NCBI GenBank assembly: GCA_049599475.1
Contig: JBMYOQ010000012.1
Coordinates: forward strand, 24,089 to 88,088
Direction: 5' to 3'
DNA: 64,000 nucleotides
Source: Opitutales bacterium
Lineage (GTDB): Bacteria > Verrucomicrobiota > Verrucomicrobiia > Opitutales > JABSRG01
Part shown: piece after piece, positions 48,065-57,765 of the stretch
Numbering within the stretch: the stretch's first letter is position 1
How the letters are laid out: each line of letters opens with the position of its first letter
Program-made: the position numbers and the translations under genes
The notes under the pieces: model-generated
The model's database searches: none
What the model was told of the DNA's origin: nothing
The model's input: only the letters and a program-made list of their open reading frames with translations

Positions 48065-48853
48065 ATGCAGTGGTATTACGAAGGAAATGGCGAACAGCAA
48101 GGTCCGGTAGAAGAGTCGGCTTTGAAGGAATTATTTAAGAGCGGCGAGCTATCATCGGATACACGCGTATGGAGACAAGGAATGGCCGATTGGGTGCCAT
48201 ATTCCGAGGTCTTTCCCCCGTCGGGTCAGGTGAAGTGTCCCAGTTGCGAGGAGATGACTTCGGAGGGGTCCTTGATTCCTGCGGGAGATGTCGTGGTCTG
48301 TGTCCGTTGTAAAGATGCTGTGTTGCAGAGAATGCGCGAGGGCGTGCCGTTGACTCAGGACGAGGATGTGCGCGCGATTCGTATGGAGCACCTCAAACAC
48401 GAAGCATCGCTGAAGTCCGTTGGGATCCTGTTTTTTCTGGGTTCAGGTTTGATGATTTTTGGAGGAGTGATGCAGATCTTGGCGGCTGTTGGCTCGGGAG
48501 ATCCTGAAATGGTAGCCGCTATTGGTGGCGCTGCTGCCGTTTCGATCGTGCTGGGATTGCTTTTCTTTTTGGTGGCCTATGGCTATCGCAAACTGAAGCC
48601 GTGGATTCGAATCCCAGGTGGCATCCTTGCCGGCATCGGTCTTCTTGGCTTTCCCCTGGGCACTTTGCTCAATGGATACATCCTCTACCTTCTTTTCTCG
48701 AAGAAAGGGAAAATGGTATTTTCTAAGGAATACGCTGAGATCATCCAAGCGACACCGGATATAAAATACCGGACTAGCCTAATTTCTTTGGTCGTCATTA
48801 TTATCCTGGTCATCGCGGTCGTCGGTATAATTGCCACCACTGCCTCCCAATGA
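48065..48853 (+). CDS. GYF_2 (DUF4339) + CxxC/CxxC zinc ribbon + multi-TM protein
   Basis: WYY..NGEQQGPV..L..GEL..DTRVWRQGMADW, CPSC..CVRC, about 4 TM segments. Confidence 0.8.
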   Translation: MQWYYEGNGEQQGPVEESALKELFKSGELSSDTRVWRQGMADWVPYSEVFPPSGQVKCPSCEEMTSEGSLIPAGDVVVCVRCKDAVLQRMREGVPLTQDEDVRAIRMEHLKHEASLKSVGILFFLGSGLMIFGGVMQILAAVGSGDPEMVAAIGGAAAVSIVLGLLFFLVAYGYRKLKPWIRIPGGILAGIGLLGFPLGTLLNGYILYLLFSKKGKMVFSKEYAEIIQATPDIKYRTSLISLVVIIILVIAVVGIIATTASQ

Positions 48854-48896
48854 TTGTACGCACTCTGACTCTCATCACCTCGAAAACTAAACTGCT

Positions 48897-49913
48897 ATGA
48901 GCTGGTATTACGAACTCAATGAACAACAACAGGGCCCTGTCACTGAGGAAGAGCTGAAGTCTCTGATCAATGATGGAAAACTCCCACCTCAGTCGCGCGT
49001 GTGGACGCAGGGCATGGCTGATTGGGAGGAATACGAAAAAGTCTTTGCCGAGGATGCGGGGCTCTGCCCTTACTGTGGAGAGGCCGCGAGCCCAGAGGTG
49101 CTGATTCCCGCCGGGGATACAAAAGTCTGTCCTGCTTGTCGCGATACCTATGCTCAGCGTATGCGTGAGGGTGTATCAGGGAATTTAATCCCTGGGAGCC
49201 GGGGCACGGGAGGCACCCTCACGGCAGCGGAATTACGGGCTCAGGCGCGTGTCTCGCTCGCGGGGAATTGGGGCACTGGTGTAGGTGCTACCATTGTCTT
49301 TGCACTTATTTCTATTGGAGCTTCGTTTATCCCGATCATCGGGGTGATCATCCAATACCTTATTACAGGCCCGATCTCGGTAGGGATGAGTCGTCTATTT
49401 CTTAATATTGGCCGCGATGAAAACCCCGAGTTCGGCGATATGTTCAAGGGGTTTAATCAATTTTTACCCTCGCTCGGCGCATATTTCTTATTGGCGGTGA
49501 TTTCCTTTTTGGCTGCAGCCGCTGGAGCAATTCCTGGGGGCATATTTCTGGCGATTGTTGCTATCCCAGCAGTGCAGTCAGGAGCGTCTCCAGAGTCAGA
49601 TCCGATGTTTGCAATCGCCCTTATGGCGACGATGATACCGGCGATCATTGCAACAATGTATGTTTCTCTTCGATACGGCTTGATCTACTTTATTATCGCA
49701 GATGAGGATAAGGACCTCGGCGTGTTTGATGCCTTCAAAGAGAGCTCTCGCTTGATGAAAGGGAGAATGCTTAAACTGCTGTGACTGGGGCTGAGTTTTG
49801 TCGGGTGGTATATCCTCGGGGTATTGACACTCTTTATCGGCCTTTTGTGGGTATATCCCTATCTGTTGGCAGCCATGTCCGCCTTCTACGACGATATTCA
49901 CGAATCGGCATAA
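48897..49913 (+). pseudogene. GYF_2 + zinc ribbon + DUF975 membrane protein interrupted by an in-frame TGA at 49782-49784
   Basis: The same frame continues LGLSFVGWYILGVLTLFIGLLWVYPYLLAAMSAFYDDIHESA to TAA 49913, resembling the DUF975 C-terminus. Confidence 0.8.
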
Positions 49914-49933
49914 TTTCCTAGTTCGCGCTTACC

Positions 49934-50512
49934 GTGCCTTTCCAACTACGATCCCTCACTAGTTCGAAAACCATCCCTATTCCCTTTGATTATCATGAGG
50001 GCGAAGTGCAAATCGATAGGGAAGGGCAATCGCATTGGGTTCAGATGTTTCCCGCGATCATTCGCGAAGAAAATACAAATGCTTCTCAATCCGATGGGCT
50101 TGGCGAAACGGGGGCCACATGCTTTTTTCATGAAAATGTCCCCGCCGTTGCTATCTGCGAAGAAAGCGGTCGGATGATATGCGCTATGTGTAAAACGGAG
50201 TGGGAGGGGCGAATCGTCAGCTTTCAAGCACTTCAAGAAATTGTCTCAAATAATGGGAAAAAGGATAAAGAACCCTTTCGATGGGATCGCCTGGCCTCGT
50301 ATCTCATTTTTATGCCGATCGTGTTTATTGTCTCGATCCCATTTACAATTCTTACGGCACCACTTGCTGCCATTATTTGTTTGATACAAATGGTGAAGCC
50401 CAGTCAAAAGGCGCGGGTTCCAGTGTCGCGGGTGCGCTACGGTATCTATTTGGCCTTAGCGTTAATTGTATGTGCGGTGTGGGGGTACTTTCTAATGGAG
50501 GGCGACTTGTAG
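49934..50512 (+). CDS. Membrane protein with degenerate B-box-like zinc finger
   Basis: CFFHENVPAVAICEESGRMICAMC followed by TM segments. Confidence 0.65.
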   Translation: MPFQLRSLTSSKTIPIPFDYHEGEVQIDREGQSHWVQMFPAIIREENTNASQSDGLGETGATCFFHENVPAVAICEESGRMICAMCKTEWEGRIVSFQALQEIVSNNGKKDKEPFRWDRLASYLIFMPIVFIVSIPFTILTAPLAAIICLIQMVKPSQKARVPVSRVRYGIYLALALIVCAVWGYFLMEGDL

Positions 50513-50513
50513 G

Positions 50514-51176
50514 ATGTCCGACACTGAGCAGAATTACGAACGCTTGACCACGGACAGTATTTTCCAGATGCAGTCGAGCTATCTCGGAAAGGACCATTTG
50601 CTCGTGGTCGAGGGTAGCCTGCGGGAACGTTATCGAAAAGTTTATTACAAGGATATCGAAGCTGTTTTATATCAGCCAAATGCTAACTCGAAATTACTCG
50701 CTGCATTCTGTGGTGTGTTGGCACTGATATTACTCATCATCGCTGTGTCTTCGACTGTTGAATACGGTCTGAGCGGAGGTCGTTACTTCCTTTGGGGCGT
50801 CTTAATACTGTGTGTGTCTATCTTTGGCTGGTGTCTGAAGGGCGGGGGTTCGGTATCCTTCGGAGTGCAGTCTGCCGTCCAGACCGTCCGCTTGTCGGGG
50901 ATCGGTAATAAGAAGAAGGCCGAGCGAGCAGTGAAACTACTCTCTGCGCGTATTGTCGCGGCACAAGGCAGCCTGGATCCCGATACGCTTGAAAACGCGG
51001 GTAGTGCTCGAGGCGAGACTGCTACGAGGCCTTTGAACAAACCAGTAGCTGTGCCGCCTTCATTAACACCGACAGGTGCCCCTCCACCGCTAAATTCGGA
51101 GACCGTTCCCACTCCCGAGCCTACCGGAGATGAGGATATTAGTCGCTTTGCACCACCGGAGGATAAGACGCAATGA
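50514..51176 (+). CDS. Hypothetical 2-TM membrane protein with Pro-rich tail
   Basis: YLGKDHLL..ERYRKVYYKDI, two TM segments; tightly coupled to neighbours. Confidence 0.7.
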   Translation: MSDTEQNYERLTTDSIFQMQSSYLGKDHLLVVEGSLRERYRKVYYKDIEAVLYQPNANSKLLAAFCGVLALILLIIAVSSTVEYGLSGGRYFLWGVLILCVSIFGWCLKGGGSVSFGVQSAVQTVRLSGIGNKKKAERAVKLLSARIVAAQGSLDPDTLENAGSARGETATRPLNKPVAVPPSLTPTGAPPPLNSETVPTPEPTGDEDISRFAPPEDKTQ

Positions 51177-51487
51177 GTGCCTCATTATCTCAAGCACGTT
51201 GTTTCCAGCACCCGGATCGCAATGCTGTCGCACGATGTCCCTCGTGCGAGCGCTTTTATTGTAAGGAGTGTGTGACCGAACACGAAGGGCGTATGATGTG
51301 CCGCTCCTGTATCGATGCGCTTACGATAGAGGCAGCCTCAGCGCCATCAGGCACCTGGATGCCCCGGGTTTTGTCTTTAGCCTATGCTGTGGGCGGTGCG
51401 CTTATTCTCTTTCTGTTCTTCTATCTTTTCGGTGAGTTCGTAAGTAAAATTCCTTCCAACTTTCATGACGGCACTTTTCTTGAGTAA
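51173..51487 (+). CDS. B-box-like zinc finger protein with one C-terminal TM segment
   Basis: CFQH..AVARCPSCERFYCKEC..H..MMCRSC; ATGA overlap. Confidence 0.8.
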   Translation: MSASLSQARCFQHPDRNAVARCPSCERFYCKECVTEHEGRMMCRSCIDALTIEAASAPSGTWMPRVLSLAYAVGGALILFLFFYLFGEFVSKIPSNFHDGTFLE

Positions 51488-53206
51488 GTGAATTTTCGAG
51501 ACATGCCTAAGCAAACCCCGCCATCTAAACCATCAGAGAAGCCTAAGCGTCGTTCAAAACGCAGGGCGCGGGGGTATGGCGAACCGTCGGCAATCGATAT
51601 CATAGAGGAATCCATCCATGTCCTACGGCGCTTATCTTGGGACGCTTGGTTGATTTATGCTGTTGGGATGTCTGTTTTCGTATTCGCGCTTCTTTATTTC
51701 TGGATCGAAATGGGAGCGAGTATTCATGCCGATACGGTGCATGTGCCTGGCGCATTTCTTTGTGCAGCGGCTTTTATTTTCTTTAGAGTATGTCAGGCGA
51801 GAATGATTGATATACTCCAAAAACAGCACGCGGAGCTTGAGCCATCTGCGTGGTCCTTCAGTGACTGGCGAGAGTGCGTGCGTCGGCAATTCGCATGGCA
51901 AGGCTTGGGCGCTTGGGTGTTGCCCATCGTATTTGTGGTGACACTACCGTTCCCTCGCGTATTCGCTTTTTTTCAAAGCATTTTATGTCTTGGCTGTCGA
52001 CGGTCAGAGGATGTCGATTTGAAAAAAGAATGGGAGGTCGCGCGTATTTGGCCTGAACAGAATTGGATGATTTTGACCCTGCTGAGTGTCGTTTGGCTAT
52101 GCGTGTTTTTTAACCTGTTCTCCCTGATCCTTACCATTCCCTACCTGCTGGATGTCCTCCTGGGGATCGAGACCGAGTTTTCGCGAGCGGGCTTTTATGT
52201 GTTGAACAGCGTCACGCTCTTTACCTGTGCCCTCGTCGCATATTTAATAACCGATCCAGTGACCAAAGCCGCCTATTTCCTGCGGCGGCATTATGCGATG
52301 TCGCAGAGCACCGGAGAGGATCTTGTGCTGGGGCTTCAGAAGTCAACCCGGCGCTCGGTCTCTACAGTATCGGGTGGGGCGATGGGGCTCTTAGCGGTGG
52401 TTCTTGGTTTCTTAGCGATGTCTCCATCCCTAGAGGCGCAAGAAGGTGGGAGCGGGGCTGATAATGCCGGAGCCCAGCGAGTTCTTGAGCTGGACCGCCT
52501 TGTCGATAATACCTTGGAGCGGAGAGAGTTTTCATGGCGTTTTCCTCGTGAGGAATTTGACGAAGGTCAGAAGACTGCAGTAAGCTTCTTGCAGCAGTTC
52601 GTTGATTGGATTGATCGAATCGAGGAGAAAATCGAGCGTTTCTTCGATGAGATGTTTGATGGTCGAAAACAAGAGGATGAGCCAGACCCGCGGGGCTTTT
52701 TCGATGGGTCGAGTGGCTTCTTTGATCTGATGTTATTTTTTCTTATACTGGTCGCCGTTTTGGTGCTCGTATATTTCCTAGGAAAGACATGGAGGCAGAA
52801 TCGCGTCGCGGACGAGGTGGCCTTGGTGGAGGAGGCTGAGGATGCATCCGCGGTCAATCTGGAAGACGAGAATGTATCGGCAGACCAATTACCCCGAAAT
52901 CGCTGGCTGGAGATGGCTCGGGATCTGATTGCGAAAGGTGAGTTACGCTTGGCTCTGCGGGCATATTTTCTTGCTCAGTTAGCGGAGCTGTCCTCCGAGG
53001 GAGTCATCATTATCAAGAAGGGTAAAAGTAATCGGGAGTATGCCTATGAGATTGCGAAAAAGTCCCATGCATACGCTGGCTTAAAAGAGCTATATGGAGC
53101 CGAGATGCGACTCTTTGAGAGCGTCTGGTACGGCCGCAAACCAGTGGGTAGGGCCCAGATCGATGAAATGGAATCCCTCTTGAGAGAACAGGGGGTATTG
53201 TCGTGA
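51488..53206 (+). CDS. Polytopic membrane protein fused to a C-terminal DUF4129 domain
   Basis: Multiple TM segments; W..ARDL..GELRLALRAYF..KSNREY..FESVWYG. Confidence 0.75.
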   Translation: MNFRDMPKQTPPSKPSEKPKRRSKRRARGYGEPSAIDIIEESIHVLRRLSWDAWLIYAVGMSVFVFALLYFWIEMGASIHADTVHVPGAFLCAAAFIFFRVCQARMIDILQKQHAELEPSAWSFSDWRECVRRQFAWQGLGAWVLPIVFVVTLPFPRVFAFFQSILCLGCRRSEDVDLKKEWEVARIWPEQNWMILTLLSVVWLCVFFNLFSLILTIPYLLDVLLGIETEFSRAGFYVLNSVTLFTCALVAYLITDPVTKAAYFLRRHYAMSQSTGEDLVLGLQKSTRRSVSTVSGGAMGLLAVVLGFLAMSPSLEAQEGGSGADNAGAQRVLELDRLVDNTLERREFSWRFPREEFDEGQKTAVSFLQQFVDWIDRIEEKIERFFDEMFDGRKQEDEPDPRGFFDGSSGFFDLMLFFLILVAVLVLVYFLGKTWRQNRVADEVALVEEAEDASAVNLEDENVSADQLPRNRWLEMARDLIAKGELRLALRAYFLAQLAELSSEGVIIIKKGKSNREYAYEIAKKSHAYAGLKELYGAEMRLFESVWYGRKPVGRAQIDEMESLLREQGVLS

Positions 53207-54426
53207 AAAGCCGGAGACCCTTTGCGCTGGTCCTGGGTGGTCTCTTTGTCGGACTATTCCTGTTTGGGATTATTACCATGATCCAGTGGAAATTTGACCG
53301 AGGTGATATGTACCCGCGCTTGTCGAGTCTGCGATCAGATCCCCTGGGAAGTCGGGTGCTCTACGAAGCCCTAAATGATTTGGATGACCTTGCCGTGGAT
53401 CGAAATTTTTCAAATGAGGATCCGTTTGTCGACTTCAGGGGAGCTACCGTGTTGTTCCTCAATCTGGATCCCTGGGATGTCGAACTTATCGGTCGAGAGA
53501 AGGATGTGATCGAGTTCGTAGCTTCTGGAGGACGAGTCGTCCTCGGTATGAATCCAGGAAGGCGCCCATTGTTCTTTTCCAATGATGAGGCTGAGGAAAA
53601 AAGTGTTATTGAAGAAAAGGTAGAGGAGCGGAAGGAGCAGGAACCCTTGAGTGAGCGCGGGGGAACGATCCGGAGATTGATGGAGCGATTGGAGCTCACG
53701 GAAATTTCTGAGATTGAGCACCATCAGACTGCGGTATTCGACGAAGAGGCAATGGGGCAGCAGGGAAGCCTCGTCTGGCGAAAACGCTTTGCCTTTGAAG
53801 CCGATGATCTAGCCTGGAAGAGCTTTCTGAAGCTCGACGAGCACGTTGTCGGAGCGTACCGTCAGTATGGGAAAGGTTCGATTGTTATTCTGGGAGATGA
53901 CTATCTCTTTTCGAATGAAGCAATGTATTTAGATCGTAGCCTTGAGGTGCTCGATTGGATTATTGGAGATGCGGATACACTCGTGTTCGACGAGGCTCAT
54001 TTTGGTATCTCAGAAAGTACAGGGATCACGGGCTTGATTAAAAAGTATCAGCTACTGCCTGTTGTGTTTGTCTGTTTTATTCTACTCCTCGTTTGGATTT
54101 GGAAAAATGCGGTTCCCTTGCTTCCCGCACGGGTCGGGGTGGAGTCGAGTTCCCTCGTGGTCTCGGAGTCTTCGTCAGACTTCGGACTATCGGAGCTCAT
54201 CAATCGCAGCGTGCCCCCTTTAGAGCAGCCTCTGAGGGTCTACGATTTGTGGAAAAAATCAATTTTAGCAAATCCCGCAGAAGCGGCGCGTTATAAGCAA
54301 ATTCTGAAACAAGCAGACGAAGCTGTTGCCGAATTTAAAGGGTTGGCCAAGAAACAACGCGACCCCAACGAACTCTACTTTAAACTAAAAGATATCTTGA
54401 ACTCTCAATACAAGGCTAAGGTGTGA
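53203..54426 (+). CDS. DUF4350 domain membrane-anchored protein
   Basis: N-terminal TM, SSLRSDPLGSRVLYEAL, FVASGGRVV, GKGSIV..FSNE, VFDEAHFG, second TM. Confidence 0.75.
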   Translation: MKSRRPFALVLGGLFVGLFLFGIITMIQWKFDRGDMYPRLSSLRSDPLGSRVLYEALNDLDDLAVDRNFSNEDPFVDFRGATVLFLNLDPWDVELIGREKDVIEFVASGGRVVLGMNPGRRPLFFSNDEAEEKSVIEEKVEERKEQEPLSERGGTIRRLMERLELTEISEIEHHQTAVFDEEAMGQQGSLVWRKRFAFEADDLAWKSFLKLDEHVVGAYRQYGKGSIVILGDDYLFSNEAMYLDRSLEVLDWIIGDADTLVFDEAHFGISESTGITGLIKKYQLLPVVFVCFILLLVWIWKNAVPLLPARVGVESSSLVVSESSSDFGLSELINRSVPPLEQPLRVYDLWKKSILANPAEAARYKQILKQADEAVAEFKGLAKKQRDPNELYFKLKDILNSQYKAKV

Positions 54427-55391
54427 ACACAAATATACCCGAAGAATTTTATACAGCGCTCAAGGCTGCGCGTGCAGAAATAGGAAAAGTTATCATTGGT
54501 CAGGAGCAAGTGGTGGATTTGGCTTTAGTGACCATCCTAACCGGGAATCACGCCCTAATTGAAGGTGTGCCCGGAGTCGCTAAGACGCTGCTTGTGCGGA
54601 CCCTAGCCTCGGTGCTTTCTGTCACGAGTAACCGGATACAGTTTACCCCAGATTTGATGCCTGCGGATATTACGGGGACTAACGTCTTCAACATGAAGAC
54701 CCAGGAATTCTCCTTGCTCAAGGGGCCTGTGTTTACCTCCTTCCTTTTGGCCGACGAAATTAACCGCGCCCCAGCAAAAACGCAGTCTGCCCTGCTTCAA
54801 GCCATGCAGGAGCGTCGAGTGACCATCGATCGCGAGGACTATCCGTTGGATAGCAATTTTACCGTGTTTGCCACACAGAACCCGATCGAGCACGAGGGGA
54901 CCTATCCTCTGCCACAGGCGCAGCAAGATCGGTTTATGTTGAAGATACACATGGGGTATCCCGAGCAAGACGAAGAGATGCTCCTGGCTCAGAAAATGGT
55001 ATCTATGGAGACTCCGGAAGCTCAGCTCGCCTCTGGGGTAGTGAGTCCGGTCCTAGAGCCCGGCGCTCTTGAGGCTATACGGGCAAATCTAAAAGAGGTC
55101 GTGATTCGCGAGGAGCTTTTGGCCTATATGGTCGAGTTGGTTCGCAGAACGCGGACTCATGAAAGTATTCTAGTCGGAGCGGGGCCGCGTGCCACCCAGT
55201 CCCTAATACTAGCCTCACGGGCATTTGCTGCAATGGATGCTCGCGACTATGTGACCCCGGACGACGTCAAAAGCATGGCTCTCCCAGTCTTGGGTCACCG
55301 CTTGTCATTGAGACCCGAATACGAAATCGAGGGTCTGGAGATCCCTGAGGTCGTCAACCAAATCCTGGATACGATTCCTGTACCACGATAA
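54423..55391 (+). CDS. moxR: MoxR family AAA+ ATPase
   Basis: GVPGVAKT, RIQFTPDLMPADITG, LADEINR, ATQNPIE.EGTYPLP. Confidence 0.95.
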   Translation: MNTNIPEEFYTALKAARAEIGKVIIGQEQVVDLALVTILTGNHALIEGVPGVAKTLLVRTLASVLSVTSNRIQFTPDLMPADITGTNVFNMKTQEFSLLKGPVFTSFLLADEINRAPAKTQSALLQAMQERRVTIDREDYPLDSNFTVFATQNPIEHEGTYPLPQAQQDRFMLKIHMGYPEQDEEMLLAQKMVSMETPEAQLASGVVSPVLEPGALEAIRANLKEVVIREELLAYMVELVRRTRTHESILVGAGPRATQSLILASRAFAAMDARDYVTPDDVKSMALPVLGHRLSLRPEYEIEGLEIPEVVNQILDTIPVPR

Positions 55392-56741
55392 ATGCCGCCG
55401 ATTCCCACAGGTCGATTCTTGCTGCTGGTCACAGCGCTGTTTCCCTTTGCGATACATGCCTCTGCATTTGGCGTGTATCATCTCCTGCTTTTAGCCATTT
55501 TGGGTGTCTTGGCTATCGCCACTTTTGATCTTGCTAAATCCCGGGACACTTTGAGCCCCTTGAAGATCCGGCTCGATCCCGTGAGCCGAATGTCACGAGG
55601 ATCCGAGGGCGACTTTCGAGTGTATTTTAATGTGGATGGCAGCGCCCTCAAGACGTTCCGAATGGCTCTCGCTTTTGATGAATCCTTGGTCTGCGATGAG
55701 AATCTTAAGGACATCCAGGCTCCGGAGTCGGACACCGGCTTGTACTCAACTTCATTTCAGGTGCACCCGCTCGTACGAGGTGTCTTTAAGTCACCCGATG
55801 TTTATGTTGAGGCTGCCTCTACATTTGGTTTTTTCAAAATTCGCCGCGCCTTCGCTACAAAGGATGAAATACGCGTATACCCGAATTTGCACCGCGAGCG
55901 CAAACAGCTGGCAAATTTGTTTATGAACCGAGGCGTCACGGGTACCCATCTACAGCGTCAGACGGGGCAAGGTCGTGAATATGAACAACTCAGGGAATAC
56001 GCACCTGGGGACAGCATTTTGGATATTCACTGGAAAGCTTCGGCCAAGCGAGGCGGGCTCGCCACGAAGATGTATCAAGTAGAGCGGACTCAGCATGTAT
56101 ATTTTATCTTGGATCATTCACGTCTCAGTGCGCTAAGGGTAGGCAAAGATGGCAGCTTGGGCGAAGATCTTTCCGTAGAAGAGAGTTTTTTAGAGCGCTA
56201 TGTCACTGTCGCCAGCGTACTCGGTATGGCCGCAGAGAAGCAGGGGGACCTCTTTGGTATGGTCGCTTATGGAAGCCGGGTTTCTAGGTTCGTCAGAGCC
56301 AATGCCGGGCGACAACATAGCCAGGTGGTGCAGGATGCCTTGTTTAACCTCACGCCAGAAATGGCTCCGGCCGATGTCGCGAGTTTATTTACCTTTTTGA
56401 GGCTGCGAATCCGCCAACGTGCTCTCTTGATTTTTATGACAGATCTCGCCGATGGCGTGGCGGCTGAGGAGTTTAAGAAGCACGTCGGGCTCATATCGAG
56501 GAATCATTACGTAATCGTGAATTCGATACGCCGCCCCGGAGTGTATCCAGCATTTTCGGACGAATATGATGCACCGAGTATCGCGCAGCAGATCTCCGGG
56601 CATTTGCGCTGGGAGGGTCTACGGCGGCTAAAATCTGACCTCGATGCCATGGGAGTGCAATTTTCCCTCTTGGATCAGGAGAAGTTGAGTGTGGATGTCG
56701 TCAATCAATACCTGAGTGTGAAACAGCGCCAACTCATCTAA
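55392..56741 (+). CDS. DUF58 domain protein (vWA-like MoxR partner)
   Basis: RVYP, GREYEQLREYAPGD..IHWKASAK, LDHSR, MTDL. Confidence 0.9.
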   Translation: MPPIPTGRFLLLVTALFPFAIHASAFGVYHLLLLAILGVLAIATFDLAKSRDTLSPLKIRLDPVSRMSRGSEGDFRVYFNVDGSALKTFRMALAFDESLVCDENLKDIQAPESDTGLYSTSFQVHPLVRGVFKSPDVYVEAASTFGFFKIRRAFATKDEIRVYPNLHRERKQLANLFMNRGVTGTHLQRQTGQGREYEQLREYAPGDSILDIHWKASAKRGGLATKMYQVERTQHVYFILDHSRLSALRVGKDGSLGEDLSVEESFLERYVTVASVLGMAAEKQGDLFGMVAYGSRVSRFVRANAGRQHSQVVQDALFNLTPEMAPADVASLFTFLRLRIRQRALLIFMTDLADGVAAEEFKKHVGLISRNHYVIVNSIRRPGVYPAFSDEYDAPSIAQQISGHLRWEGLRRLKSDLDAMGVQFSLLDQEKLSVDVVNQYLSVKQRQLI

Positions 56742-56754
56742 GCGGATTATTGCC

Positions 56755-57765
56755 ATGATACTTGATGTAGAACAGTTTATCCAGAAGCGCCAATCCGATT
56801 GGTCGCGATATGAGGCATTGCTCCAGGTTTTAGAAGATCGAGGCGGACACAAGCTATCTCTCGATGAGGTCGCGGAATTCCATAGTCTATATGAAAAGCT
56901 GGGCTCCGATTTAGTCAGGTTGAAGTCCGCTGCCTTTGAACCGACGACACGTGTATATTTAGAGACATTGCTCGCCCGCGGGTTTGGGGAATTGCACGGC
57001 TCGCGCCGCTCCAAGCTTTCATGGAGGGCTCTGATGCAGGCCGTGTTAGGATTTGCTCGAGTTGTCAGGAGGCATGCGGGGTCTTTAGGTCTGTGCACTG
57101 CCTTGTTCGTGCTGGGTGGAGCCTTTGGTGGATTAGCGCTCGCACTCGATCCGGATTCTAAGCCGATCCTCATGCCATTTGGGCACTTGCTAGGCTCACC
57201 CAATGAACGCGTGGATATGGAGGAGAGCCAAGACCCGGATTTTATGGATGGTCATAAATCGAGTTTCTCGGCTGAGCTCATGACGCATAATACGAAGGTC
57301 GCGATTTTTACCCTGACTCTCGGAATCACCTTTGGGGTAGGGACTTGCATCCTTATTTTTTATAATGGAGCGGTGATTGGCGCAGTCGTTTTCGACTACA
57401 TCCTGGCTGGCGAAACGGTATTTCTCACGGGCTGGCTCTTGCCGCACGGGAGCGTAGAAATCCCCGCCATTTTATTGGCCGGACAGGGAGGGTTGATGAT
57501 TGGAAAAGCGCTCCTCTTTGCCAGAGACCAAATGAACATCGCCGCTCGGTTACAGGCTATTCGAGGAGATCTCGTGTGTTTGATCGCGGGTATCGCGGTT
57601 ATGCTGATCTGGGCGGGTATTGTTGAGAGTTTCTTTTCCCAATATCACTATCCGGTCCTCCCTTGTAGCGTGAAGATTGCTTTTGGCGCTGTGCAATTGA
57701 GCGCGGTGTGCGCCTATTTTATACTCGCTGGGCGCAAGGCTGAAAAGGCGGAGGTACCTGCATGA
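56755..57765 (+). CDS. Stage II sporulation protein M (DUF95) family membrane protein
   Basis: THNTKVA, NGAVIG, LPHGSVEIPAI, AGIVESFFS. Confidence 0.9.
   Translation: MILDVEQFIQKRQSDWSRYEALLQVLEDRGGHKLSLDEVAEFHSLYEKLGSDLVRLKSAAFEPTTRVYLETLLARGFGELHGSRRSKLSWRALMQAVLGFARVVRRHAGSLGLCTALFVLGGAFGGLALALDPDSKPILMPFGHLLGSPNERVDMEESQDPDFMDGHKSSFSAELMTHNTKVAIFTLTLGITFGVGTCILIFYNGAVIGAVVFDYILAGETVFLTGWLLPHGSVEIPAILLAGQGGLMIGKALLFARDQMNIAARLQAIRGDLVCLIAGIAVMLIWAGIVESFFSQYHYPVLPCSVKIAFGAVQLSAVCAYFILAGRKAEKAEVPA

Noticed and set aside
49782..49784. Genome-wide TGA reassignment (code 4 or 25)
   Set aside because: TGA terminates aspC, uvrB and gpsA at expected lengths and forms ATGA/GTGA overlaps
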